Part shown: positions 37,428 to 49,539 of the stretch, in pieces | Numbering within the stretch: position 1 is the stretch's first letter | How the letters are laid out: every line of letters begins with the position of its first letter | The notes under the pieces: model-generated | Databases searched by the model: none | What the model saw: only the letters and a program-made list of their open reading frames with translations | Told to the model about the DNA's origin: nothing | DNA from: Octopus sinensis | Lineage: Eukaryota | Length of the DNA stretch: 64,000 nt | Assembly (NCBI RefSeq): GCF_006345805.1 | Contig: NC_043003.1 | Location: 17,918,001-17,982,000 of the forward strand | Direction: 5' to 3' | Translations under genes and position numbers: made by a program

Positions 37428-39116
37428 TGGTTGGCATCCTTTCTGTCTTGGGAGACAATGGAGTTGCACATAAAGTAGTGTAGTCCGGCTTTTATATTTC
37501 ATGTCCTGATACATTTCCTGCTGTGGCTGTGTAGTCCTATCCTGGACAAACACTCCCTCTGGCAGGTACCGCAAATGTAGTGAAGACTGTTCCTGGCTGG
37601 TTGTAATGCCATAGTCTCTTGTTGACATCTCTTCTTTTCTTTCCATTTCTCCTCTCTCTCTCTGTCACTCCTTTGTATTCCCTCTTTTACGGTACGTCGC
37701 CATTCTCCACGGTTGCCGGCAACTGCTTCCCAACCGCTAATATTGATGTTGCAGGCCTTCATGTCCCTTTTGCAAACATCCTTGTAACGTAAGGTCGGTC
37801 TACCCACAGACCTAGTACCCCTAGCAAGCTCTCCATAGAGTATGTCCTTGGGGATTCTGCCATCTTTCATACAGCTAACATGCCCAAGCCATCTCATACG
37901 TCTTTGTGTGAGGAGTGCAAACATGCTTGGCATTCCTGCTTGCCTGAGGACATCTTTGTTGGGGATATGATTCTGCCATTTGATGCGGAGGATTTTTCGG
38001 AGGCAGCGCAGGTGAAAGATGTTTAGGCGACGCTCTTGGCGTGTGTATAGCGTCCAGGTCTCACTTCCATACAGTAGAGTGCTGAGTACACATGCCTGGT
38101 AGATCTTCATTTTCGTGGTCTTGGTCAGCTTATTGTTGTCCCAAGCCCGTTTGGAGAGTTGGGCCATCGCAGCAGCTGCCTTGCCAATGCGTATATTGAG
38201 CTCAGCATCAAGGGATAGGTTGTAGGTGACGGTAGAACCCAGATAGGTAAACTTCTCCACCTCTTGTAATCTGTGGTCTCCAATATGTATGTTTGGGATG
38301 TCCGATGTAGCCTGGCCCATGATGTTGGTCTTCTTAAGGCTGATAGCTAAGCCAAAGTCGTTACATGCTTGCTCAAAACAGTTAATGAGCCTTTGGAGGG
38401 CTTCTTCTGTGTATGTTACCAGAGTGGCATCATCAGCAAATAACATCTCCTTGATCAGGACGTTTCTGGTTTTGGTCTTGGCACGCAGGTGCGAGAGATT
38501 GAACAGTTTCCCGTCACTTCTACTGTGCAGAAACACTCCATCATCTGATGTCTGAAAGGCATGTGAAAGTAAGAGCGAGAAGAAGATGCCAAACAATGTA
38601 GGAGCGAGGACACAACCTTGCTTTACCCCGTTTTTTATTTGGAAGGCGGCTGATGTTGAACCGTTGTGCTGTATGGTGCCTTGCATGTCATCATGGAAAG
38701 ACTTGATGATCCTCAGCAGCTTTGATGGACATCCGATTTTTTAGAGCAGGATGAAGAGGCCTGTTCTGCTTACCGAGTCAAAAGCCTTTGTTAGATCAAT
38801 GAAGGCCATATATAATGGCATTTTCTGCTCTCTGGACTTCTCCTGAAGTTGGCGTATGGAGAATATCATATCGATAGTTGATCTGCTTCTTCTAAAGCCA
38901 CACTGCGATTCCGGATAGATTCGAGAAGCAAGTAGTTGTAGCCTGGCCAGGATAACGCGGGCAAAGGTCTTTCCAACAGTGCTTAGAAGGGATATACCAT
39001 GGTAATTGTTACAATCACCACGGTCACCTTTGTTTTTGTAAAGTGTAATGATGTTAGCATCCCGCATATCCTGAGGGACTGTACCCTCTTCCCAGTACTG
39101 ACACAGAAGCTCATGA
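37428..39116 (-). mobile_element. 5-prime-truncated RTE-clade LINE (reverse transcriptase)
   Basis: RT motifs PESQCGFR, FIDLTKAFDSV, GVKQGCVLAP, MLFADD, FTYLGS and a C-terminal CxxC...HxxxC. One in-frame stop at 38741-38743. Perfect 11-bp TSD AGTTTATGCAT (37417-37427 and 39117-39127). Confidence 0.95.
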
Positions 39117-40465
39117 AGTTTATGCATATGTATGCAAATATAGTATTGGTATATCCCATTTATGTTCATTAGAAATTAAATAAAGAATTTTGACATGTAC
39201 GAATATTTATTTCCCCCCACTGTGTGTATATATATATATATATATATAATATATATATATATATATACACTACTTATACAGTGTGTACACGCTGGCCTGC
39301 TCGCTTAGCCAGCGGGGTGGCGTCATTCGAAGGCTAAAACAATGCGAACGCATTGTGACCAGCGATGTGTAACAACATCTGATGGTCTGATCGGTCATGT
39401 GATCACGTGATATATATATACACACACATACACAGAAACACGTTACATACATGTGTGCAGTGTTGATGGACCAATTGAATTATGCATGCATGTGTATGTA
39501 TATTTACATTTGTTTTAATTCAATTATCAATCCATTTATCATCTATTAGCATACATGAACCATTTAGCATTCAGATTTCTCCGTCAATTGTAATACTTAT
39601 TTGTTTACAATATTTTAAATTACTCATGCATTATCTCATATCTTTGAGATTTCAATGACATGATTGCTTAATTGTAGAATGACATTGTAGGATAGGTGTG
39701 AGAGGCTGGAGCTGACTAGTTTGGACATAAAACAGATGGAATATTTGTGGCTGGATATGGCCAGTTTAAATTCTAAAGGGTTAATGTCCCTCAACACTAT
39801 AAAGCTATCCAAATATTGAGATATCTACAAACATTAAAACAATTGCAACCTTTAAGAATACACTGAGAGATAACTGTATAAGGACTATTTTATTATTTGT
39901 TTTGAAACCTTTATGTGAAGGCTGTATTGAGCCCACAATCATATGTTGTAGGTTCAATTCCTGGACAAGGAGACATGTCATGTATTTGAACAGGGCACTT
40001 CATTTAGTGTTCTCGGGTCAATTCAGCTGAAAATAAATATCATCTGGCTACTGGTGTGACCTTCTCACCCTCCAGCTGTTACATTTGAGATGATCCAGTG
40101 AGACAAGAGTAGAGAGCTGAGGGGTTGCGGTTCTCTATATCTGTGACTACATTGGCACAGAGGCTTGTAATGCAATTAGCGCAAACATGGTACATTCTGT
40201 CAAGTCATACTCACTTGCAAGTAATAGCTTCATTTTTTTACCCCTCTAATGAAGCCTTTTACTTGAAGATGCCACCATGGTAAAGAATACATTAAATGAT
40301 GACGATGAAGGTAATTAAGATTCTTTAGTAAAAACTTTAAACATAATTCTGGCAATGCAAATTAGCAATTTAGAGTCTAAACTTCTTGGCTATTTCTTAA
40401 ATAAGAAAGCAACTTTGGGTACAGGGCTTGGCATTATATTTATTTGGTCAATGTGATAATCACTA

Positions 40466-40544
<79 letters not shown>

Positions 40545-41931
40545 CATCATCGTCATCATTTAACGTCCGCTTTCCACGCTAGCATGGGTTGAACGATTTG
40601 ACTGAGGTCTGGTGAACCAGATGGCTGCACCAGACTCCCATCTTGATCTGGCAGAGTTTCTACAGCTGGATGCCCTTCCTAATGCCAACCACTCTGAGAG
40701 TGTAGTGGGTGCTTTTACATGCCACCGGTACAAGGGCCTGTCAGGCAGTACTAGCAATGGCCACGTTCAAATAGTGTTTTTTACATGCCACCTGTACAGG
40801 AGCCAGTCCAGCGGCACTGGTAATGACTTCGCTCAAATGTTTTTTGACATGCTACCAGCACAAGTGCCAGTAAGGCAACGCTGGTAACGATCACACTCGA
40901 ATGGTGCTTTTTACGTGCCACCGGCACAGAAGCCAGTTAGCCACTCTGGCAATGATCACGCTCAGATGGTGCTCTTAGCACTCCACTAGCACGGATGCCA
41001 GTCATCAAATTTGATTTCGATTTCACTTGCTTCAACAGGTCTTCGCAAGCAGAGTTTAGTGTCCAATGAAGGAAAGGTACGCCTAAGTGGGCTGGTTACA
41101 CCCCTAGCATTTAGTTACCTATTTATACTTTACTTACTAAAGTTCTTTGTTTTCTATGGAACAAAGGACATTAACGATTTACAGTTCTTGATTCTGAGTT
41201 GTCTTCCATTCCAAGGTCTTGTTGGTTTGAATTGCCATTCATGTTTCTGTGACTTTTCATTTTTTTCTAGGTCGAGGTATTGGACCTTCACAAATCCATT
41301 GTTACCTCTTAGAAAAGCTGATCTGCATTAGTCTGGCCTCTACCGTTTGACCTGTCCAGCTTGGGTGGATCTACCAGGAGCTTGTACTCCACTGGAATAG
41401 GTCACAGGTTATTGAAACACACAAGTGACAACATCACAACAAGGACTGTACCTATCTATACCTCTGAAGTTTAATTTCTGCCAAGTCTAATAAAATTTAA
41501 ACCAATCAAGGACTGGCTGTGATTTAATTGAGTCTCCTTCTCCAATGCCGGCCTTGTGTCTAAACTAGAAATCCTTATTCTACAATCATAGGCGTCTCAT
41601 TATTCCATAGTAGAAACGATCAATTCTTTTGGTTAAGAGGAAGAGATATAATTGGTCGAAAATCTTAATAATCGACCTAGTTAAGATGAGTAAGATGGAG
41701 CGATAAAGCATCCACGAATATCTTATTAAACGACGTTTTGATGATCGAAAAGCTAAGTTGACTGATTAAGGAGCGAACGAGATAATAAAAAGCCCATACA
41801 CTTAATTAAACCTCTGCAATTATATATAGTTATCACAGCTTTCTACTTCAAGGGAAGCAACTCTGTTTAAAGGGGAATAACTTGAGAAAATTAAGAATAA
41901 AACGTTAAATTGTAAGTGAAAAGTTTAGATA

Positions 41932-42250
41932 AGTGGTTCCCAAACTTTTTCGAGATGCCGTCCCTTTGGCACTCGAACCACATTTCTAGCGCCCCTCACC
42001 ACCACCGCTACCCCCCCCCGTCACAACCACCACCACATCCATCACTACAAATGTAGACCACTTTTTATAGCAAATTCAAATCAACAGTATTTCACAAATA
42101 AAACTTAACTTAACCCATTGTTTTTGGGCCGGGAGGATAACATCCTTTTGGCCACCCTGTTATTGCCCCACGTTTCTTCAACGCCCCTCTTGCTCTTTCG
42201 CCGCCTACAGAGCAGGTGGGTGGGCAGTACCGCCCACTTTGAGAACTACT
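41932..42250. mobile_element. hAT-like MITE
   Basis: AGTGGTTCCCAAACT and ACTTTGAGAACTACT termini, typical of Charlie-type hAT elements. Confidence 0.6.
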
Positions 42251-42513
42251 ATTATTATTATTATTATTATTATTATTGACTGAGGGGGCCAGTCAATTAG
42301 ATCAACTCCAGTATGCAACCGGTACTTAATTTATCAACCCAGAGAAGATGAAATGCAAAGTCGACCTTGGCGGAATTTGAACCCAGAATGTAAAGACAGA
42401 CGAAATAGTGCTAAGCTTTACGCCCAGCTTGCTAACATTTCTGCCAGCTCGCTGCAGTGAATTAAATATAAATTAATGAAAATAAAGAAATAAATAAAAC
42501 TGTTATTACCTAC

Positions 42514-42592
42514 CAGAGGCAGCACATTCTGTTTATATTTTTCATATTCCTCGGGAGTCAATAGCTTACCATAGTCATCCTCGCCTACAACA
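42514..42592 (-). CDS. FAM221A: FAM221A-like protein, exon 2
   Basis: ttctccAG and GTAGGT. VVGEDDYGKLLTPEEYEKYKQNVLPL (human: IVGEDDGGKLFTPEEYEEYKRKVLPL). Confidence 0.93.
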
Positions 42593-42640
42593 CTGGAGAA
42601 ATAATGGAAATGAATGTAATAACTGTGTACGAACACTAAA

Positions 42641-43042
42641 TCTATATATATAAAGCTGAAGTTATCTGTGTGTGGCATATTTGGTAGTCTTCAACTAACA
42701 CTATCTCCTCCCGAGCCCCTGTGGTGCAAGTTGACCAAAATTGAGAGTATGATAGAAGAAGGCTTGCTCTTCATTCCATAGAAGATAAAATTCAAATCGG
42801 ACCATGTTAAAACCAAACATTATTTACATCAAAAAGGTGTATCAAAAAAGGTGTATTTACATCAAAAAGGTGTAAAAAAATCCCTATTTTTTACGATTTT
42901 TTGACTGCTGTGTCGCTATTTTTCGGCGTATTTGTTCACTTAAAGAGAATAACAAGCTACATAATGCAAAATTTTTACTTTTCAAAAATTCCAATTCTAA
43001 AGGGTCGAAAGAAACTCAAGCAATGCCGGGCGATACTGCTAG
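42641..43042 (+). mobile_element. Non-autonomous Helitron
   Basis: A|TCTATATATATAAAGCTGAAG 5-prime end, GC-rich subterminal segment and CTAG|T 3-prime end, no TSD. Confidence 0.8.
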
Positions 43043-43715
43043 TATTTGAAAAGAATTACTCATAACAAACAATATCTGAAACTGAAGAGCTGATGGAATC
43101 TACATGTGGATAATTCTGAGATCACTTAAGTGTGGTGATAATTAAAAACCCCTTCGGTCACGAAGGACTGTGGGATTACACCTAAAATGTTCCCCTCCGA
43201 GGCACAAGTCTTGGCAAGGTTAATTATGGAAGACTAGCAGTCACCTATACATACCAGTCTCCTCTCTCCACACCACTGATGTTATATAAGGCGGCGAGCT
43301 GGAGGAAACGTTAGCATGCTGGGCGAAATACATAGCTGTATTTCGTCTGCCGTTACGTTCTGAGTTCAAATTCCACCAAGGTCGACTTTGCCTTTCATCC
43401 TAGGCTTAAACTCAACTACCACTGTCAGCCTTATAAGAAAAATTGTTGAAAAATGTGGTAATTTTCTGAATGGTAATAGTGTAAGAAGCAAATTAAAAAG
43501 GGTGGCTTATTAGCAATTAGAATATGAAGGCAAAATTAACAGAGGCGCAGGAGTGGCTGTGTGGTAAGTAGCTTGCTTACCAACCACATGGTTCCAGGTT
43601 CAGTCCCACTGTGTGGCACCTTGGGCAAGTGTCTTCTACTATAGCCACGGGCCGATCAAAGCCTTGTGAGTGGATTTGGTAGACGGAAACTGAAAGAAGC
43701 CCGTCATATATGTAT

Positions 43716-43766
<51 letters not shown>

Positions 43767-44122
43767 GTATATATATATATGTATGTGTGTGTATATGTTT
43801 GTGTGTCTGTGTTTGTCCCCCCAACATCACTTGACAACTGATGGTGGTGTGTTTACATCCCCGTAACTTAGCGGTTCGGCATGTGTTCTACAGCAGTACT
43901 ATACGAAGTTTTAATACTGAGATTGAAAGGCAGGGGCAAATTATGCCTACCTAATTTACAAAAAAATTAGATATTTTGCATTTTATACATAGTAATCAGA
44001 GTAACCTTCCTAATTTTATTGAATCAAGTCCATATTTTGCCATAAAAGGAAAATGTTACTATCGATCTATTTTATTTAGAGTAGGTACTGCCTACCTTGT
44101 CTACTCAAGTGGCACGTCCCTG

Positions 44123-44153
<31 letters not shown>

Positions 44154-44396
44154 TGTATGTATGTATGTATGTATGTATGTGTGTGGTGTGTGTGTGTGTG
44201 TGTGTGTGGTATGTATGTATGTATGTATGTATGTATGTATGTATGTATGTATGTATGTATGTATGTATGTGTGTGTATGTATGTATGTATGTATGTATGT
44301 GTGTATGTATATGTGTGTGTGTGTGTATGTGTGTATGTATGTATGCATGTGTGTATGTATGTATGTATGTATGTCTGTCTGTATGTATGTTTGTAG

Positions 44397-44731
44397 GGGA
44401 GTAAATGTAAGGTTAAGCAAGTTAAGTAGGGCAATATACAAAAAATATTAAATACATTTCATACAAACAAATGTACACATGTTTACATATAAGAAGGTCC
44501 AACTTACACTGAATAGAAATGATGTCAGGAATTAAAGGGGTTGAATAGGAGCTTTACTAGTCCACCAAACCCCCCAGAAACAGCTGTTGGACTTGCAAAG
44601 CTCTTCATCAACCCCTTTAATTCCTGATATCATTTCTATTCTGTGTAAGTCGGACCTTTTTTGCCTTAAATGTATTTAATATATTTTGTATATCGAATTA
44701 CCTAACTTGCTCATCCCTATATTTACTCCTT
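44397..44731. repeat. Fold-back element with the 3-prime half of a hammerhead at its centre; related copy near 28003-28137
   Basis: Inverted arms about 44400-44563 and 44589-44730. The centre reads GAAA-CAGCTG-T-T-GGACT. Confidence 0.7.
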
Positions 44732-46151
44732 TACCTGCTCAAGTTTAAATCTTTTGAGAACTATGAAGTGTATTCTATATAGAGAATATCTGTCTCTCAT
44801 CTATAAACTATGTATGTATGTCATCATTCAGTTTTATTTCAAGATTTCCTTTCCTTTCCTTCATTGGACACTAAACTCTACTTGTGAAGACCTGTTGAGG
44901 CAAGTGAAATTGAAATTGAAATCGAAATCAAATTCGATGACTGGCATCCATGCTAGTGGAGCGCTAAGAGCACCATCCAAGCATGATCGTTACCAGACCA
45001 ACAAACTGGTTTCCATCCCGGTGGCACGTAAAAAGCACCATTTGAGTGTGATCGTTACCTGTTTCGCCTTACTGGCTCCTGTGCAGGTAGCACGTAAAAA
45101 ACACCATTTGAGCGTGGACGTTGCCAGTACCGCCTGACTGGCCCTCATGCCTGTGACACGTTAAAGCACCCACTACACTCTCAGAGTGGTTGGTGTTAGG
45201 AAGGGCATTCAGCTGTAGAAACTCTGCCAGATCAGAGCGGAGCCTGGTGCAGCTATCCGGTTTGCCAGTCTTCAGTCAAATCGTCCAACCCATGCTAGCA
45301 TGGAAAGCGGACGTTAAACGATGATGATGATTTCTTGCCAATAGAGAAAGAGCCAGTTTCTAACCTAGATCCAAAGCTCCTTCATTGGAATTTCGACATC
45401 AACTGGGAATTTTTGCATACGTGTGTGTATATATGCAGTATTTGGAGTCAGTATATGAGCAGATTTGTATGTCTTATTTTATGTATGTTTTATTTGTTTT
45501 TTTTTGTTTTTCCTTTATTTGTTTTATTTGTTTTGTGTTCTATTTCTCATGCATATAGTTGCATGTCTAGACATGCTCATATATACTTAGATCATAAACT
45601 TCTGGAAAGTTTTACTGATTTTAACAGCTCCAGTGATACACACACACACACACATACATATATACGATAGGCTCCTTTCAGTTTCCGTCTACCAAATCCA
45701 CTCACAAGGCTTTGGTCGGCCCAAGTCTATAGTAGAAAACACTTGCCCAAGGTGCTACGCAGTGGGACTGAACCTGGAACCATGTGGATGGTAAGCAAGC
45801 TACTTACCACACAGCCACTCCTATACCTATAAATGTGTTCTTATTCTTTACAAATGACTGTTTTGGGAGGAGGGTAAGAAAAATAGAACAACCCTTTCCT
45901 TTCTGAATAGAATTTGTGTTAAAGATACCTGTAAATAGCTGTATTTCACAGATTTAGTAAAGAACTCTATTTTTACTAAATTATTGAGCTATTGGTTGTG
46001 TCTCTCTGAGTATTTAAGGAGACAACCAAAGCTATACAGAGAAAAGCCGAAAGGTGATCTTTTCGGGAATAAACATGGCAGCTGTCAACTTATTGCCATT
46101 TGATTTTTTCATGTTTTTGACAGTTTACAGATAGTTTGTTTATACATATGA

Positions 46152-46585
46152 ATGTGTGTGTGTGTGTGTGTGTGGTGGGGACGAGAGAGAAAGAGCATGT
46201 GTATGTGTGTGTGTGCGTGTGGTGGGGACGAGAGAGAAAGGGAGTGTGTATATGTGTGTCTGTGTGTGTGTGTGTGGTGGGGACGAGAGAGAACGGGAGT
46301 GTGTATGTGTGTGTCTGTGTGTATGTGTGGTGGGGACGAGAGAGAAAGGGAGTGTGTATGTGTGTGTGTGTGGTGGGGACGAGAGAGAAAGAGAGTGTGT
46401 ATGTGTGTGTGGTGTGTGGTGGGGACGAGAGAGAAAGGGAGTGTGTATATATGTGTCTATGTGTGTGTGTGTGGTGGGGACGAGAGAGAAAGGGAGTGTG
46501 TATGTGTGTGTCTGTGTGTGTGTGTGTGGTGGGGACGAGAGAGAAAGCGGGTGTGCATGTGTGTGTGTAATGGGGACGAGAGTGT
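46152..46585. repeat. About 50-bp minisatellite GTGGTGGGGACGAGAGAGAAAGGGA(GT)n, about 9 units
   Basis: The unit is directly visible, with variable (GT)n length. Confidence 0.9.
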
Positions 46586-46630
46586 GTGTGTGTGTGTGTG
46601 TGTGGGAGAGGGGGAGGGAGAGAGAGAGAG

Positions 46631-46670
<40 letters not shown>

Positions 46671-47081
46671 CCTGTGTATGCGTGTGTGTGTGTGTGTGCT
46701 TGTGTGTTCAGCAATCACCAGTACAAGAAAGACATTGCCGAAAAGAAAATTATTTTCAAATAAATAAATAAATAAATAAATAAATAAATAGATAAATAAA
46801 TAGATAAATAAATGAATGAATTTCCGTAAACTGTCGAGAATGTCCGGAAATCAGCTGGCAATATTTTGACAGATGCGAAACATATCAGGAAAAAAAAAAA
46901 AAAATGCTGAGCAAAGTGAAAGGAAGAGAAAATAGAAAGGGGAAAATAGCCCAAACGAAAGTCTTTATGCGTATATGAAGAAAAATAAAAGCTGGCAACT
47001 TTGTATTTTAGCGGCGTAAAAATATGAGCGTCACTTTTGAAGGTTTTGTTTGCTTTTCTTGTCGTAACCAGGACCTCAACT

Positions 47082-47122
<41 letters not shown>

Positions 47123-48562
47123 CTCTGTCTCACACACACAGGTATATTGGTGTAAACAGGTAAAAAATAGTGACTCAAAAAATGAGCATATGTATATTTT
47201 TTATTAATATATAACATTAGTAAGAGTGACTCAAAGTCCGAGAGTTTCGTGTGTTGTCCCAACACACGAAACTTTTGAATCTTGAGTCACTCTATTACTC
47301 CTGCTATACTTACCCACACACATACAAATGTGCGCACGCATGCATACGTATGCACGCATTACTGATACATGCTGGGCCGTCCTTAGAGGGTTACCAATTT
47401 GTTATGAGGTTACTACTAACCCCTCGTCCAACCCTTCTTCAATTGCTGTGAAAGGGATGCTGTGAGTGGTCACCTGCGGGCCTTCTTCTCGTGCGACGCA
47501 ATGAGAGAGAGCGAGAGAGAGCGTGTGTGTGTGTGTGTGAGAGAGAGAGAGAAAGAGAGAGAAAGAAAGAAAGAAAGAAAAAAGAGACAATTCTATTCTA
47601 AGTGTCGTCTAGGACTGTTTGCTGTTTGATCCTCATAATTGCAAGTATCATGTACAGTATAACTGCTTACTTGACTACGTTGATGTGTGTGTGTATATAA
47701 AGGTGATGTGGGGAGCACTTCTCGGTTCGGCATGGTTTCAAACTACAAATATCGCTATGAAATTCGCGCTTAAATCTAAAACTATAACCATCTCGTAAGT
47801 AAACTCTGTTTTGATCTACGCCAAATATCAAACTCAAAATGTCGTTTCTCTTCATTTCTCTCTCTCTCCTGGCCGCCTTCCAACCATGCCGCTCTTAAAA
47901 AGATCATAAAGCATGTTCTAGACGCTGCAGGCTTCCTATCCCACCTCGAGCCAGCAGAGACTAGACCGAGGAGACGGTAGAAGACCAGACGGTATGGCAA
48001 TTTTCCCGTTCCGTGGCGGGAGGCCCCTTATCTGAGATACCTATTTCTTTATTACCCACAAGGGGCTAAACACAGAGGGGACAAACGAGGACAGACATAG
48101 GTATTAAGTCGATTACATTGACCCCAGTGCTTAACTGGTACTTAATTCATCGACCCCGAAAGGATGAAAGGCAAAGTCGACCTCGGCGGAATTTGAACTC
48201 AGAACGTAACGGCAGACTGAGATACCACTGGCTGTGACACCTTCTCCAGCAGCAACTTGGTGTTGTCAGTCACCAGCCTAGGCCCTGCTGCTCGTGAGGC
48301 TGACAAAAAAAAAAAAAAAAACAAAAAGAAAAAATCGGTCAAGGTACTGGTCGCTATTCAACAGGTTTATGGTCAATCCTGTGACAGTTGAGACCTCCGT
48401 CGTTCTTGGACCCAGATCCTTGCCTATTGCTATCGGGGTGGAGATTGCCGTCTGCAAGCGCGAGTCCCTTGACTCAGTGTGGCTGTTTCAGCAACCCCCT
48501 CCCGCGCCTCATTATCCTCTGCCTTGTCCATTTTGTCTGCTGTAGTAGTACCTAAATGTTTC

Positions 48563-48670
48563 GGTACTACTTAAAGACAGAGGTCTTTAAAAACTAACCC
48601 TAAACTTAACCCTAAAACAAACCCTAATCCTAACCCTAACCCTACGGGACCTCTGTATTCAAGTAGTGCC
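48563..48670. mobile_element. Merlin-like MITE with telomere-like core
   Basis: 23-bp TIRs GGTACTACTTAAAGACAGAGGTC and GACCTCTGTATTCAAGTAGTGCC, 8-bp TSD AATGTTTC, internal CCCTAA repeats. Confidence 0.75.
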
Positions 48671-49411
48671 AATGTTTCTATATTGCGAGAAGCAAGATTC
48701 TCCGTTGACCATTTACAGCAAAAAGTAAATCAATTTCTGATATATTCGTCAAGCTGCTGCTGCTGCTACTACTACTACTACCACTACTACTAGTGATACT
48801 GCTGCTGTTGTTGTTGTTGTTGTTTAGCAACAAGACGAGTAAGGGTGATTAGGTGATGGTCTAGGGCTTAGGGGCAGGAGACCCCAGACCTTGGAAAAAA
48901 AAAAAAAAACTTTAGCCGTCTTGTAGTCGCGGGCTCTTCTTTGACGCCCGACACCACTGGGAGGTGGTCCTCGAAGTCGCTGGAAATGGAGATTTCCAGG
49001 TCCAAATTCTTAAACGGCTACTGCTGCTGCTAGAGGCTATTTTTCACACATGAAAACGTGGTACATCTTCAATATTACAACCTGTCTCACGAGTTGGGAT
49101 GTAATAGTAAAGATTTAGTCGGAGGAAGTAAAATGTAAAGAGATTGATTTTTTTTTTTAGACGAAAGATTTCTTTCAGAAAAAGGAAACAACGATCCAGT
49201 TCTTTCCTGGCTTTTCCCAAACTTCTCCGTTAATACGATGATCAGAGTTAGATGTAAACAGTAGAGAGAGTTACCGATTAGAAGTAAACAAGAACTTGAA
49301 GGCAAGTAAAACGACACCGCTAAAAGTAACGTTTTAGGTCAAACTCAGCTAAACTGCTAAGAAATTTAGTACAGAAGCACAGATAGACTCAAATTGAAAT
49401 AAATAAATTAC

Positions 49412-49485
49412 CGGCGATATTCCAGGTAAGCACTTATAAGAGATTGTGCTGAATGATCTTCGGTGATAATACTTTCTTCCGCCAT
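49412..49485 (-). CDS. FAM221A: FAM221A-like protein, exon 1
   Basis: ATG, then MAEESIITEDHSAQSLISAYLEYR(R), GTAATT donor. YLEYRR matches the FAM221A N-terminus as I recall it. Confidence 0.85.
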
Positions 49486-49507
49486 GACAAGAAAACGCGT
49501 AGGAAAT

Positions 49508-49539
49508 TCTGTCATAGCAACTTCGTTGCTAAAACAAAC
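49508..49539. promoter_or_regulatory. RFX X-box-like motifs just upstream of the FAM221A ATG
   Basis: TCTGTCATAGCAAC matches GTTGCCATAGCAAC at 11/14 positions and is followed by a second half-site GTTGCTA. Both lie 23-54 nt upstream of the start codon. Confidence 0.5.

Larger units (their letters stand above)
35913..39222 (-). mobile_element. Tc1-family DNA transposon (DD34E, long IR/DR-type TIRs), interrupted by an RTE LINE
   Basis: CAGTGGGGGGAAATAAATATTCGTACA termini at both ends, about 200-bp TIRs with the inner repeat AAAAGTATTCGTACAG, inserted in (TA)n. Confidence 0.95.

Noticed and set aside
41330-41445. Possible RTE 5-prime UTR remnant with an HDV-like ribozyme on the minus strand
   Set aside because: Too degraded to build the nested double pseudoknot by eye. 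The similarity is from memory only.
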